A DNA stretch of 64,000 bases. Origin: Octopus bimaculoides. Lineage: Eukaryota. The DNA lies in the NCBI RefSeq assembly GCF_001194135.2, contig NC_068992.1, positions 33,030,773-33,094,772 of the forward strand, read 5' to 3'. This document shows, piece after piece, positions 50,037-63,760 of this stretch (position 1 is the stretch's first letter; each line of letters begins with the position of its first letter). The position numbers and the translations under genes are program-made. A model generated the notes under the pieces. It had not been told where the DNA came from, made no database searches, and worked only from the letters and a program-made list of their open reading frames with translations.

Positions 50037-51849
50037 TAATGATAACAATAATGATGATGATGATTATTTAACTTTTTTAACTTTTGGCCTGAGGCCAGTA
50101 CTTTTAGGAGTAGGTTAGTTGATTACGTCGATCCCAATGCTCAATTATTATTATTTATTTTATTGACCTCCAAAAAGACGAAAAGGAAGAAGAAGAAGAA
50201 GAAGAAGAAGAAGAATGCTCCAAATTTTGGCTCAATGCCATAGCATTAGGGAAGGGGGTTAGAGGTGTAATACATAGACTCCAGTACATGACTGGCACTT
50301 TATTTGACCAAATCTGAAAGGGATGAAAAGCAAAGTTAACCTGAGAGGTATTCAAACTCAGAACTTAAGATGTCAAAAGAAATATAGCATTTAGCTTGAC
50401 ACTAACATTTCTTCCCGGCACAGAACCCTCTTACACTTTTCCTCATTACCATCTTCGTTATCATCATCATCTTCATGTACCTTGTCATCATCATCACCAT
50501 AATTTATTTGTTAAATATGTGGATCTAGAATATTTCAAGTAATTTATTTCATAACATTTCTTTTTTTGCACATCTGGCCTTCAGTCAAATTTTACTTTAT
50601 TTATTAAAATCAGATGTATTAATATTATTTCTCATTAATTATTACCATTATATAGCCATAACCCAATGTATGTCATGTTGCAAACTAGGTATCTTTCCTA
50701 CCTAATGATTCAAACAGTAGAATTTTTCCAAGAACTTGTTTTGTATCTGCTTTAGTATACATAAGGCATTAATGGTTTGACACCATCGTTTAACCTGAAC
50801 TGTAGTATACCAGCCCATGAGGGAAATGTCCTTACCTGGTCCATAATTCAAACACTTTCATTGTTTGATCCATTAACTACAGACCCCTGTAATTTTGTTT
50901 CCTCGGTGCAACAACGCTCTTTTTCTGTTATTCTATGATGCAATTGTTAAAGGTGTTGTCCAACACCTATTGAGGATATCACCATTAACATTATCCATAA
51001 TCTAATTAGCTGATTAAATAACAGATCCCATCCCCTATCCACCAAGGATGCTTTTATACTAGTCTTAATGTACTTGCAAATATAATTATTAGATATTGAC
51101 ACAGATTATCCTTGAAAATAGTCTGTTTCACCTTTGGGAATTAGCTGAAACGTTTGATTATCTACCACAGAGCATTCATTGATTTTAGATGTAAAACTAG
51201 CATGAAAGGGATAGAAAGAGGAAGGATTTGGAGAAGGGATAGGAAGAAAAAGGAGAGTGTAATAGGGAATATGCGATAGAGAGAGTGGAAGGGAGAAAGG
51301 GATGTAAATGAAACAGAAAATAATTCTAATTTCAGCATATTGTCAAAAGTTCACTTACTTCAAAGAGGATCAATATGTTTGTGGTGCTTGTATTTACCAA
51401 TAGAGAAATAATAGCTTAACAACGCAATTAGGTTTGGCAGGTAATTATCACTGAATTCAGGTGAAATGATAGAAGGATGTGGTGAGTGAATTAAGCGCTT
51501 GTTTTGATCTATAAATACGAATCCATTATGAAGCATGACAATAGAGTATGTAAACATTGCAAAGAATGTGTCAACAAATAGAGGGACATCGATAAATCTA
51601 TTCCTATTGCACTTCTATTCACAGTTGCACATTATCCTTTGCAGGAATTCATGCATTACACTGTAGACTGGCTCTTCTCTATTGTCTTTAATTGTCATTG
51701 CATACAATGTCATACATGACATTAAGGTAGTTCATACGTGCCACCAAGGTAGTTTCTATGCCATTCGATCTGTTACAATTTGCAACCAAATTTCCTTGAA
51801 GCTAACATTTTCTTTTCAATAGCTCAGTTAAATGATAGAGGTAGTGATC

Positions 51850-52320
51850 ATGATATTATTCAAGGCATGAAAGACTGATAACGTGAAGAAAGTAATCCAG
51901 AAATGTTACCCTGAATACTTGCGACAGTGAGTACTCTACTAAAATAATCCAAGGCCTGGTCTTTGTATTAAACTGACTGACTTATTTAATGTAACAACCA
52001 AAAAGAGTAACTGTCCATCTGACTAACTTCCACATAATTATCTTCATGCAAATTACAAGAACAAGCTTTTGGTTGATCTGAAGTACTGATAGATGACATT
52101 TGCGAAAAAAAGTGCCATGCAGTGAGACTGAACTCGACTACACAGCATAACTTCCTCCATCTAATGGAGACATTGAATAATATAGGCCTAGATACATTGT
52201 TAGAAATCAAGTTCAGATGGTCACTGATTGAATGCTTTGATACAATATTTTGATTGGAGCTGACATTATGGCTAAAAGGCAACAACTTAAGCTCATTCTA
52301 AATGGGTCTCTGGAGGCTCA
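51850..52320 (+). mobile_element. Probable hAT (Buster/Charlie-like) transposase fossil
   Basis: VRLNSTTQHNFLHLMETLNNIGLDTLLEIKFRWSLIECFDTIF*LELTLWL loosely matches IRxRxLNHRQF..LEE....GDLLYHTEVRWLS...LxRFFxLR; heavily decayed. Confidence 0.35.
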
Positions 52321-55159
52321 TGATGATCGTGATGATCAGCATTAGAGAGATGAAAAATAGATCCGCTAGTCATTGACATGATGCCAAATAATTTAAACTA
52401 GCACGCTATTGCAATTTTTCTAGACATATAAAATATATCATAAAACATTAAATGGAGTGGGAGAGTTATATGTCCTGTACATACACTTAACAAAATAAAT
52501 GCATAGTTTGAATAGAGCCAAGAAGCCACAAACCAAAATACCAGATATTCAACTGTCAGCTATTTCATTTCAGTTTTTACTTTTTGTAATTTGAAGTAAG
52601 CCATGAATGTAACTTCTACATAGGCATACAATTAGTCATAGCAATGAAAGCACCCACAATTCACACACTAGGTCCTTAAAAATGAATGTCCACATTGGAC
52701 AGTATAGTCTTTGATATACAAGCAGACACAAAGGCCACCATTGGAATCTTTTATCATAACTAATCATCTAGGGTTATGTAACAACAACTGCCATTGGCAA
52801 TTTAGATATGATTTATACCCAGCAAGTTGTACATTCATAACTATGATATTTGTTTAGCAACAAAACATATCTTCAACAATCTATATTCCTTTTCCAGTCA
52901 ATAATTTTGAAAAATTATTAACATATTGCTTTTACTAACTGCAAAGTTACAAGTGTAAACCTTAGAATTGCAGGTGTCATGTTACATCCAAGAACAGAAC
53001 ATTAACTTTTTATAAACTTGTTGAAAGATGGATTCCACTATTATTTCACAGATAAAAACTGCGATAACTGAGGAGCTCTTATGTCAAGTCAAATACTTGT
53101 GTGGTATCTGAAAATCCCCAGCAGATGTTGCAATCAGCAATTCCAAGCAAATTTTTAGTTTCATGAAATTAATATATTTTTATGGAACATAACACAATGC
53201 AAGGCCAATGCCATAATAGAATCTGTCAAATTCTTGATTAATTATACACTAACATATTTTACCAGTTACATAACTTCTCTAAAAATACACTGAAATTAGT
53301 TTAATAATAAACAAAAAACATTGTGAAAATAAAGCCAGATAGAACATTTAGAATTCTGCTGAACCTTGAAGTGGAATATAAAAAATGTTATGTGTAATAC
53401 AAAAAATTACATGGATTCATTGTGGTTGAATAAACTCAAAGCAACAGTATTTTCACAATGTCAGCATGATCTACAGCATCCTCTTTGACATATAAAATTT
53501 TCAATAAATGTCAAAACAACTATGTGTGACAATGTGGAATGTCAGCATATTGGCATTTGTCAAATCTGGTTAAGATCTATATAAACATATGTAATACATA
53601 TGTCATAAAATTAGGAAAAAAAAGTAAGTTCAAAAATAAGATTCTTTTAAATGATATCTGTCTATCAAGCAGTAATAAAATGATGATATCGAAAAATGAA
53701 ATTAAATTCTATGAATATACACATAAATATATATATCTACATATGTGTGTATGTGTGTGTTTGTATAAACATATACATATATTATATACATTTAAATGTA
53801 AGCATAAGTGTATACGTGTGGTTTGTATGTATACACAAATACATACTTGCATATGCAGACATGCATACATACATATATGCATGCATGCATGCATGATTAC
53901 TGCAACTAGACTTTGAGCAATGATATCACTTGATTCTTCATTTAAAGCAACACAAATGTGGCAACAATGAACGCCTCTTATAGCAGGTGTTCAGAGGGTT
54001 ACTATCCATGCTGGTACATGCATTCATTCCATCATGAAATTTTTCATTGAGTTATTATACCTTTTCAGTTACACCCAGATTGGCATGTGACACGTAACAA
54101 AGATGTTAAAAATCAAGCAATCCCTGTATATAAAGCGTTTAAAGGGTCGTTTCCACTCTCTGAACAATGTATACATTGTCTCAAAAAGAAGAACTAATCT
54201 ATATCATTAGATGCAAACGAAATCACAAATGTTGCATCAGATTTTGATCTCCTAGAAAGATGTCTCACCATAGATTAGGGGACCCTCACTCCCAGCTGTT
54301 TGATGAGCCCTGACTCTACAGAGCTCATCTACCCTCTGGCACATGTATAAATATATATAGATATATATATATCCATACATGCATATTCATACATACAGAT
54401 AGATATAGACAAATAGATAGATATTACACCTAACAATTCCACACCTCAGCAAGTTATGCTGATACTCATCATGTGCTCATACAGTGTTATATCAGTCACT
54501 ATGAATGAAGGTGCAATATTATGAAAATCACACCTTTGATTATGGCACTTGTGTCTCTTCTTTTCAAATATTGTGAGGCCAGCTTATGAAAAAGTATTTC
54601 ATATAATTTGGACTTTCACTAAAACCTCGAACTCTATCTTGAAAGGGCATCATTTGGTTTCATACACCCACTGCACTGCAAATGTTGTCCCCACTATTGT
54701 TCTTTGCATTCAAAGAAAGCTGTCATGTGACCTTGGCATTACACATGTAAATACATTTGTGCACTTTTAAGATGAATTCTGTGAGGCAGGCATTTATTTA
54801 ATAAACAATTTTTTAAGGAAAAATTATTCATATCTAGTTTTCTAATTTGAAAGTACATTTATGTAGATTTGGGTATGGTTAAAGTTTAAACTTTCAATTG
54901 AGAAATTATATGTACTGCTCATGTTGTTACCAAATATATTGTCTATATCATTAAAATTTATTGCAAGTGTAAAATGAAACCCAAAATGAAAATTATTTCC
55001 TTCATTTTGCTCTTGAAAGCAGAGAAGTGTTGGAGCAAATGTTAAGCACATCTGAATGAGTTTCAATGCGAAAGCAAATTGATAATAATAATAATGATAA
55101 CAACAACAACAACAATAATAATAATGATGATAATGATAATAATAATAACAGTAATAAAT

Positions 55160-56900
55160 ATAGGTGTCATACCTAATTGGATTACTAGAGAGAGAACAGA
55201 ACTTCTAACAAAAGACAAAAGCAAGGGCAATATATCTAGTAATTAAAGACCAATCACTTGCTGTTAAAAGAAATGCTCTCAGAAAGCATTTATGACAACC
55301 ACAACTTACTTCCAGAAGAACAGAAAGGTTACAGGGAAAAGGCTAGGGGAACACATGATTTATTATACATAGACAAAGCAGTTCTAAAGGAAGTGAAATC
55401 TAGGAAGAAAAGTTTAACAGTAGCTTGGATAGATTATGAACAAGCTGATGACATAATTCCACAGTCATGGATAAGTGAATATTTGAGTATATTCCTTATC
55501 GCAGACAACATAAGAGGGTTAATTAACTATANNNNNNNNNNNNNNNNNNNNNNNNNNNNNNNNNNNNNNNNNNNNNNNNNNNNNNNNNNNNNNNNNNNNN
55601 NNNNNNNNNNNNNGTCAGGCGGTACTGAGAAACTGTAAAACTCTTCAGCAAAGATATAGGTATAGGATTTGACATAGATAAGTGCACAATATTAGTCATA
55701 AAAAGGTACTCAGTTACCAGATGACCAGACATTAAAATCATTGAAAGAAGGGTAAAGTGATAAGTATCTAGGAGTATTAGAATTTGACAGAGTAATAACT
55801 ATAGAAATGAAAGCATAAGTTGAAAACGAGTACAACAAAAGGATGAGGAAGTTAATGAAGTCAAAGCTACACGGTTTGAATCTAATGAAGGCAGCAAATA
55901 CTTGGGCAGTATCGTTACATAGCTATTCGCAAGCTTTTTGTAGATTAGAGAAAATCTGAATTAGCAAATCTAGACAGAACTAAAAAGGAATTCAATAAGA
56001 ATGGAGGACTTCATCTTAGTGCTGGAGTAGCAAGATTGTATTTACCTAGAAAGGAAGGTGGTGGAGGTTTGATATCAATAGAAGACTGTGGAGTTAGCTA
56101 GAGTAGATATAGCTTCATATGTAGGTAATAGTGAGAAATATGATTAAGAGCTGCTAGTTTCACAGTAGAAGATAAAGAAACTAAAAAGCCAAATATAGCT
56201 AAACACCAGAGAAAAGAAACAAGATTATAAGACTGGTAAGAGAAGGAGTTGTATGCTATATTTCCAAAGATAGTTGCAAAAGATAGTAATAGTGGGACAT
56301 GATTGTGGCTGTGGAAAAGAAGGCTGAAAAGAGAAACACAAGGTTTGTTAGTAGCTGCACAAGATCAAGCATTGAGGACTAAATGGACAAAAGCCAAGGT
56401 ATACAAAACATCAGGTAGATTTCCAATGTAGGTTATGTAAATCAAAGGAAGAAAGTGTTACTTATATTGTTTGTGAATGCAGTATGCTGGCACAGAAAGA
56501 AAACATGAAAAGACATGACAACATAGGGAGAATAATCCACAGGGAAATTACTAAGCTAGGATTTGACCATACTGATAAGTAGTATCAACATGAACCTAGT
56601 GAAGTGCTTAAAATTAAGAGATATAAGATGTTGTGGGATTCTAACATCCAAACTGACAGAGTAATAGAAGCTAGACTACCTGATTTAGGAATAATTGACA
56701 AAGAGAATAGAAAAGTGCCAAATAACTGAGTTTACAGTCCCAAATGATGAGAAAGTTAATATAAGAGGTATAGAGAAAATAGCAAAGTACCAGGATGTAG
56801 CCATTGAGTAACAGAGGTACATAAAGTAAATTAGGAACTATTCCTAAAGATTTGAACAGATAAATAGAGGAAATAGGTATAAAACCTAGTTTTCTCTACT
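55160..56900 (+). mobile_element. Dong/R4-clade non-LTR retrotransposon, degraded (RT, zinc knuckle and RLE), downstream of (TAA/CAA)n
   Basis: RPITCLL, LLPEEQKGYREKARGTHDLLYIDKAVL...VAWIDY, YKYLG, GGGLISIED, ESVTYIVCECSMLAQ...KRHD, LWDSNIQTDRVIEARLPD; many stops. Confidence 0.9.
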
Positions 56901-57603
56901 AGCTATAAATCCATATTGCAACTTTGGGACAATAATGGAGTATATCCATGTCTGCCACTGGTACAATAAAAATCTGGTGAATATCATACCAACTGATATA
57001 AGTGAGGAAGTACACACAAACATCACAGTCACAATCCAAGTCAGAGTGACACACGTAATCTACACATGCCATATTGGCCTACACATATACAGAAACTAGT
57101 TTGGTTGAATTATTTTTCTGTATCATTACAACATCGTACAGATGAAAGGAAGATCTGTTTTGTATCGAAAAAATTAGCATACAAAATATATGCTAATTCC
57201 AAAGACTTTCTGAATAAATATACGTAAATCTAACTTTTTGATTTAAACAAGCCAATAATCTTATCAATATTTACAAATATATTTCAAATGTCTTTATTTT
57301 AGTCTTCCAGCCATGACGCATAACAATTATTTCAAGTATTTCTCTCTCGGTTCTGTAATTTTAGAGCATATTTACATAATTTTCTGAAACAGCTCATTCA
57401 GATAAGAGAAATCTTTCTGAAATGGAGTTATCTGTAAATATTGAGCATAAAACACAGGAATTAAATTTGAAAATGGAATTATTAAAATTATAAACACAAA
57501 AAAGAAATGTATTTTGTAATAATTTCATGAAAGAAAGAGAAATTAACATTGATCTTCCAGCAGGCTTGTCTCCTACAAAAATATATCCAGAACAATTAGC
57601 ATT

Positions 57604-57653
<50 letters not shown>

Positions 57654-58087
57654 TCTGAATTTATGTATGGTTGTAGTAATCTCTGTCATTCGATGATGAA
57701 AATTCAGTCATTCAATCAATTAAATTAGCTACTCCTGAATTTACACCTAAGTGGTTGTGCATTCCAAAATGCCCTGCATGTATCATTAATGTATTACTCA
57801 GAATTTTCAGGACAATGCTTTATTCAAATTAAAGATATCTCTCTGATTTAAAGATACAGTATGCTCAGTGAGTTCCTTTATAGTTTACATTGAATGTTTT
57901 ACTCACAAGGTATGGTTTGAAATTGGACCATCATAGTTGCTTAAGAGAACTTTAAACCATTTTCCCATACTGCACCTGTGTATAGGAGCTTGTCACAATT
58001 CACAAGTCATGACAAGTCACAAGTCAAAATTCCAGTAAACTGGACTTTTGAGAGGCTGTTCAGGTGAAAATGTCTTGTATTGATTTA

Positions 58088-59383
58088 TGAAGACAGGCTG
58101 AAAAGTTCATTGGTTGACTATGAAGGAGTGATACTAGAACTGTTAAGCGTTGCATGCATTAATTTCATCTCTCCTTATTGATAACTGCATTACTTTTTTT
58201 CCAGCTGACATTTGACTGTTCAAAGAAGACTTCAGAACTAACTAGTAATGACTTCTCTTGAAAATGGACAAAATTTGGCATTGTGATGTTATTAAGTCTC
58301 TGCAGATAAAGGGCTTAACCCCCAATGACAGTCGTGCTGACATGGTTGCCACCTTAAGGGATAACACTTCAGCTGTATCAATAGTCCAAATGTGGGCAGC
58401 TGAATTTAAGAGGGAAGAGAGAATGTTGAAGATGACCCATGGTCTGAACATCCTGAAACTGCAACCTCCAACGAAAATATTGATCCTGTTCATCACATGC
58501 TGATGGATGACAGGTGATTGACAATACATCAATTAATCAACGTCATTAGCATATCCAGTGAGAGAGTTGAGAATATTCTGTACAATGAACTTGCTATGAC
58601 ACAGGTTACTGCTGACACCTGATCAAAAGTGCATTGGCTAATCCCATCATGGGAAAATCCGACATTGCTTGAGGCAGATCCAACTGGTTTCCTTGAATGT
58701 TTTCTAACCCAGGACGAGTTTTGAGTTCATCACTTTTAACTAGAGATAAAGAGACAATCCATACAGTGGAAACACTCCTCCTCACCTGCTCCAAAGAAGG
58801 CCAAGCGCATTTCAGCTGCAGGGAAGGTGATGTTATAAGTTCTCTGAGATGCAAAAGGCATTGTGCATATTGACTATCTTCAAAAGGATTATACTATCAA
58901 TAGAGAGTACAAAGGGTTACACCATCAATGGAAAGTACTAGATCAACTTGCTGAGGCAGTTATAAAAGTCTATCAAGACAAAATACCCAGGAAAACTGAT
59001 GAAAGGTGTCTTGTTTCATGAGGACAATTCTCCAGCACACAAGTTCTTGCTTTCAATGGCTGCTGTGCATGTCTGTAGGTTTGAATTGGTTGATCAGCCT
59101 CTCTATTATCCTGATTTGGCCCCATCAGACTATCATCTGTTCCCCAGCATGAGTAAACACTTGGTAGGGAACCAGTATTGCAATGATAATGATATCGTAT
59201 CTCCCATTGATGACTTTTTGACCAACAAGATGAAAGCTTTTTCACAAATGGGATCGAAGCCCTGCAACGCCGATGAAAGAAGTATGTGGAGCACAAGGGG
59301 GACTGTGGTGCAAATTAAACCTTACTTGGTCCCATTCCATGAGAGTATCTTGGTCGGTCTATGAACTTATCAGCTGACACTTG
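58088..59383 (+). mobile_element. Full-length (1296 bp) mariner (DD34D) transposon with TIRs and TA target duplication; transposase pseudogenised
   Basis: TIRs ...GCTGAAAAGTTCAT / ATGAACTTATCAGC... flanked by TA. N-terminal HTH remnant VIKSLQIKGLTP...WAAEFKR; HEDNSPAH...YPDLAPSDYHLF with 34 residues counted between the Asp residues; frameshifts. Confidence 0.93.
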
Positions 59384-59519
59384 TAATAAAGATGTTTTGT
59401 CACTCTACTGCATGTAGAGAACATTGTATAATAAAATAACATTTGCACCATGTCTGATAGATATGAGTAGTAAGGTACAGTTAGACAATAGTGAGTGACA
59501 AAAACTATATATATAAAGA

Positions 59520-59815
59520 CCCCCTTCAGGCATGAACGACCATGGGATTGCACCCAGAAAGTTACCCACCAAGGAACAAGTCTAGGCAAGGTTGCTTATG
59601 GAAGAGCAGCAGTTGCCCATGCATACCAGCCTCCCTCTCCACACCACCGATATTATCCAAGGGAAAAGCAAAGGCCAATACAGCTTGGCAACAGTGGCAT
59701 CACAACACATTTCTACAGTTGAGTGAACTGGAGCAACATGAAATAAAGTGTCTCAGTCTGGGAATTGCACTTACTATTTCATAATAGTGAGCCCAACATT
59801 AAAACCACTGAGCCA
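59520..59815 (-). mobile_element. tRNA-headed SINE
   Basis: Reverse complement begins TGGCTCAGTGGTT...GTGCAATTCCCAG, then ACTTTATTTCATGTTGCTCCAGTTCACTCAACTG. Confidence 0.78.
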
Positions 59816-59834
59816 GGAATATATATATATATAT

Positions 59835-60015
59835 AAAGAAAATAAGACAAGGTAAATAATTTTATCATGAAGAACATTTTAGTACCAATTTCAGTCTTGG
59901 TGACTTTTTCAACTTAGAGTAAAGCATGAAAAACAATTAAATTGCAGAAAAATAAAATACAATGTTTTCTTTAATATTTCCATAGTTTTCAAATAGAAGG
60001 GACATTTTCCATTTT

Positions 60016-60064
<49 letters not shown>

Positions 60065-61090
60065 TTTTTACTCTTGAGTATTTCCGAATTTTGATCTAGG
60101 ATCTATGTAGAGCCATCCTTTGACATAGACTGTTTTTGGTTTGGCCTATGTATTGCTCTTGACACCTTGAGCAAGTTAATACATATATTAGGTTTTCTGA
60201 AGGACATGTGAAGCTGTTTGTCACTGTAAAACGTTGACCTCGTTTGAAAGAGAGCTCCAACCCCTCAATTAGGTTGATGCATATACCACAGTTAGGTCTT
60301 CAGCATTTTTTTGCTGATGGCTTCAGTGTTGTTGTGTGTAATTAGGCTTGTGTTATGAGACTTTTCATAGATTTGGGTTGTCTTTTACTCTTTATGGTTG
60401 TGTGCGTTTGGAGGATGAAATTCATTTTGTGGTCCCTTTTTAGTAGGGGAATGTTCTGAAGGATGGTGTCAAAGGCTTCATTGTTAAGGAGGTTGTGTGT
60501 GGAGATGTATGGTAATGCTTTTGGTTGTAAATCCTTCTTTAGTTTGGGATGTCTGAGTTCGTGGATGTTGAGTTGTAGGGCACGTTGAAAACCTGTATCA
60601 ATTAACGATGGTGGGTAGTTCCTGGTAATGAATGTATCCTTTAGTTCATGTAGTTGTGTGTCCCTGGTGCTTGTATTAGAAACTATAGTACAAGACCTTT
60701 TTACTAGGTTGAAAGAGATATTCATTCTAGTGTGTCTGGGGTGACGAGAATTGAACAGTAGATATTGCTTGGAGTCCGTGGGCTTATAGTATATATATAT
60801 CTATTTCTATTTTGTTGTTGGATTTCTTAATGAGGATGTTGAGGAATAGAAGTTGTCAATGGCTATATTGAATCGAAAATTGAATGTTTATGTCAAATCC
60901 ATTTATAAGTGCTTGAAATTCCTTAAGTTTCTCTATACTTTCATACCAAAGAATGAAACAGTCATCCAGATACTTCTTCCGATTATTTTCTGTGTAGAGT
61001 GAGAAAGGTTGTCTTATTTTTCTTGTACCTTACAATAAAGATGGATTTCTAGATATCCCATGTCTAGGTTAGCAAAGAAGGGAGCCATTC
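59835..61090 (-). mobile_element. Penelope-like element (family B), copy 2: RT C-terminus, thumb, start of GIY-YIG and 3' terminal region
   Basis: MAPFFANLDMGYLE, KYLDDCFILW, YKPTDSKQYLLFNSRHP, RNYPPSLID, LPYISTHN, CGRPNCGIC, NLIYVLTCSRCQEQYIGQT; the GIY-YIG C-half is replaced by (GA)n. Confidence 0.93.
59879..59916 (-). ncRNA. Minimal hammerhead-like motif, U3-A8 variant (PLE family B, copy 2)
   Basis: TAAG TTGAAAA AGTC-ACCAA-GACT GAAA TTG GTA CTAA with a perfect 4-bp stem II. Confidence 0.6.
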
Positions 61091-61095
61091 TTGTG

Positions 61096-61167
<72 letters not shown>

Positions 61168-62398
61168 NNNNNNNNNNNNNNNNNNNNNNNNNNNNNNNNN
61201 NNNNNNNNNNNNNNNNNNNNNNNNNNNNNNNNNNNNNNNNNNNNNNNNNNNNNNNNNNNNNNNNNNNNNNNNNNNNNNNNNNNNNNNNNNNNNNNNNNNN
61301 NNNNNNNNNNNNNNNNNNNNNNNNNNNNNNNNNNNNNNNNNNNNNNNNNNNNNNNNNNNNNNNNNNNNNNNNNNNNNNNNNNNNNNNNNNNNNNNNNNNN
61401 NNNNNNNNNNNNNNNNNNNNNNNNNNNNNNNNNNNNNNNNNNNNNNNNNNNNNNNNNNNNNNNNNNNNNNNNNNNNNNNNNNNNNNNNNNNNNNNNNNNN
61501 NNNNNNNNNNNNNNNNNNNNNNNNNNNNNNNNNNNNNNNNNNNNNNNNNNNNNNNNNNNNNNNNNNNNNNNNNNNNNNNNNNNNNNNNNNNNNNNNNNNN
61601 NNNNNNNNNNNNNNNNNNNNNNNNNNNNNNNNNNNNNNNNNNNNNNNNNNNNNNNNNNNNNNNNNNNNNNNNNNNNNNNNNNNNNNNNNNNNNNNNNNNN
61701 NNNNNNNNNNNNNNNNNNNNNNNNNNNNNNNNNNNNNNNNNNNNNNNNNNNNNNNNNNNNNNNNNNNNNNNNNNNNNNNNNNNNNNNNNNNNNNNNNNNN
61801 NNNNNNNNNNNNNNNNNNNNNNNNNNNNNNNNNNNNNNNNNNNNNNNNNNNNNNNNNNNNNNNNNNNNNNNNNNNNNNNNNNNNNNNNNNNNNNNNNNNN
61901 NNNNNNNNNNNNNNNNNNNNNNNNNNNNNNNNNNNNNNNNNNNNNNNNNNNNNNNNNNNNNNNNNNNNNNNNNNNNNNNNNNNNNNNNNTATATATATAT
62001 ATATATATATATATATTACTTCACCACAGCTATCTATACTGATCCTGATTACTACTTATATGTAAACGCTTCTTCCAAATATAAAATTTGTATTATTTAC
62101 TTTCTCTGAAGAATTTCTAACAGGAAATTCCTTACCTCTCTGTCTAGCATGTAAAACTCTGTCATATCTATTAGCAACTGAAGTATATGTAAAGGTGAAT
62201 AAATAATAGCTATAAATTTTCCAGTTGCCAGTTTTCTTTTATGTGTGGGTCTGTCTGTAACTTGATTCAATAAAGTATTCTCTGAGGAACTGTGGTGGTT
62301 GACTATCAGTATACATTTAGAACATACATTACAGGTCTCCACACAACTGTAATAGTGAAACTTGCTTAGAAACTCTATTATAAATTATTTCTCATATA

Positions 62399-62441
<43 letters not shown>

Positions 62442-62459
62442 AACACACATATATGTACA

Positions 62460-62720
62460 CATCCCACTGGATTCAAATGTTAACATGCTAATCACAGTTG
62501 TATTTCATCACAGGACAATAACTTCTTTCAGAAGAATATGGATTCATAACACACTTGATTCAATGGCTCAAGGGGATTTAGGACAACATGTGTTTATTAA
62601 CAATAACCACAATCTCTTGTTTGATTCTTTAGTCCTGGGAAACTTTGGCTGAGGAGACACACCAATGTCGACATACCGGTTGTCAAAGTCTCCTTACGCT
62701 AATGAATCAAGTATGTTGAA
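62460..62720 (+). mobile_element. Penelope-like element (family C) remnant: GIY-YIG C-terminus and terminal region
   Basis: RRIWIHNTLDSMAQGDL resembles the PLE C-terminal WIxxLxTxxPxGLN motif and is followed by a hammerhead-like motif. Confidence 0.5.
62642..62689 (+). ncRNA. Hammerhead-like motif with A14C substitution
   Basis: ACTTT GG CTGAGGA GAC-ACACCAAT-GTC GACA TACCGGTT GTC AAAGT. Confidence 0.45.
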
Positions 62721-62799
62721 TATCTGTTTCCATGAAAGCAAGGAGAAATAACAAATTTTAGGTTTTTGAAGAAATAATTTTATTTTTTCTATCTTTGCA

Positions 62800-63760
62800 T
62801 ACAATTATACAATAATTTAAGCAAAAAATTACCATAGCATAATTGCAGATTTAATTAAAGAAAATTCATATTTTATTTTCATCGAAAGAAACCACCACAA
62901 GCTTCTATTATTGCAGAGCAGATTCTTGGCATTCTCTCTAGTGACTTGTAAAAGTACATTGGTGGAAGTGATTTCCAAGCAGTCTGTAAACCTTTAAACA
63001 TATCTTGCTCATTCTTAAGCATTTCATTTTTAACTTTACGATCAGTTTCATCCTAGTCTAGTTCAGTTGGCGAAAGGTCTTGAAAGTGAGTGGAGCCAAG
63101 TCATAATTTGCAAAATTCTCTTATCTTCCTTTGATTTTGAATAATCTCTGTACAATTTTGAGCTGTGTTTTGGATCATTTTCCTGTTGAAAAACAAAATT
63201 CATCCCAATAATGCAGTATTGAATGATATTCTGCCTTTCACGTTATTTCTTTAATTTTAACAAGATCTCCAGTAATCTTACATCCAAAGCATCCCTTATT
63301 CATCACAGATCCACCAACATGCATAACAGTTGGAATAATGCAACTTTCACTCATTTGTTCAAGAGGTATTTGTCTGACAAATACACTTCATCTGCTTCCA
63401 AAAAGTTCAAATTTGGATTCATCAGTCCATAATGCATTTTTCCAATATTCTAATGTCCAATTCTTGTGCTGTTCTGCCCATTGTAATCGTTTCAAATCAT
63501 TTGCCTTCCTTAACAGTGGTTTCATAACTGTCACACAGCTCTTAAGCCCAGCAGAAAGAAAGTAATTATTGTTAGCATTTCAATGTGGTTGTTCTGCATA
63601 GAACAATGTTACTACATTTTGAACCCCAGGAAGACACCTCCTCCACGTGGTTAAAGACACAATATCTGTGTCCGATAGATTGCGAACAAGAGAGCAAACT
63701 ACTCCCATCTAAAAGCAACAAGATCAGCTGACCAGCTGGTTTCAAGCTGTCACACTTCCT
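62800..63760 (-). mobile_element. Tc1-family (DD34E) transposase, degraded
   Basis: KPLLRKANDLKRLQWAEQHKNWT...WKNALWTDESKFELFG, PTVMHVGGSVM, FVFQQENDPKHSSK, W...SLERMPRICSAIIEACGG; stops and frameshifts. Confidence 0.9.

Noticed and set aside
50837-51180. Stop-poor minus frame ending at a CAG|GTAAGG donor, with a faint ankyrin-like TPLTIAS
   Set aside because: Requires several frameshifts and stops, and the similarity is too weak.
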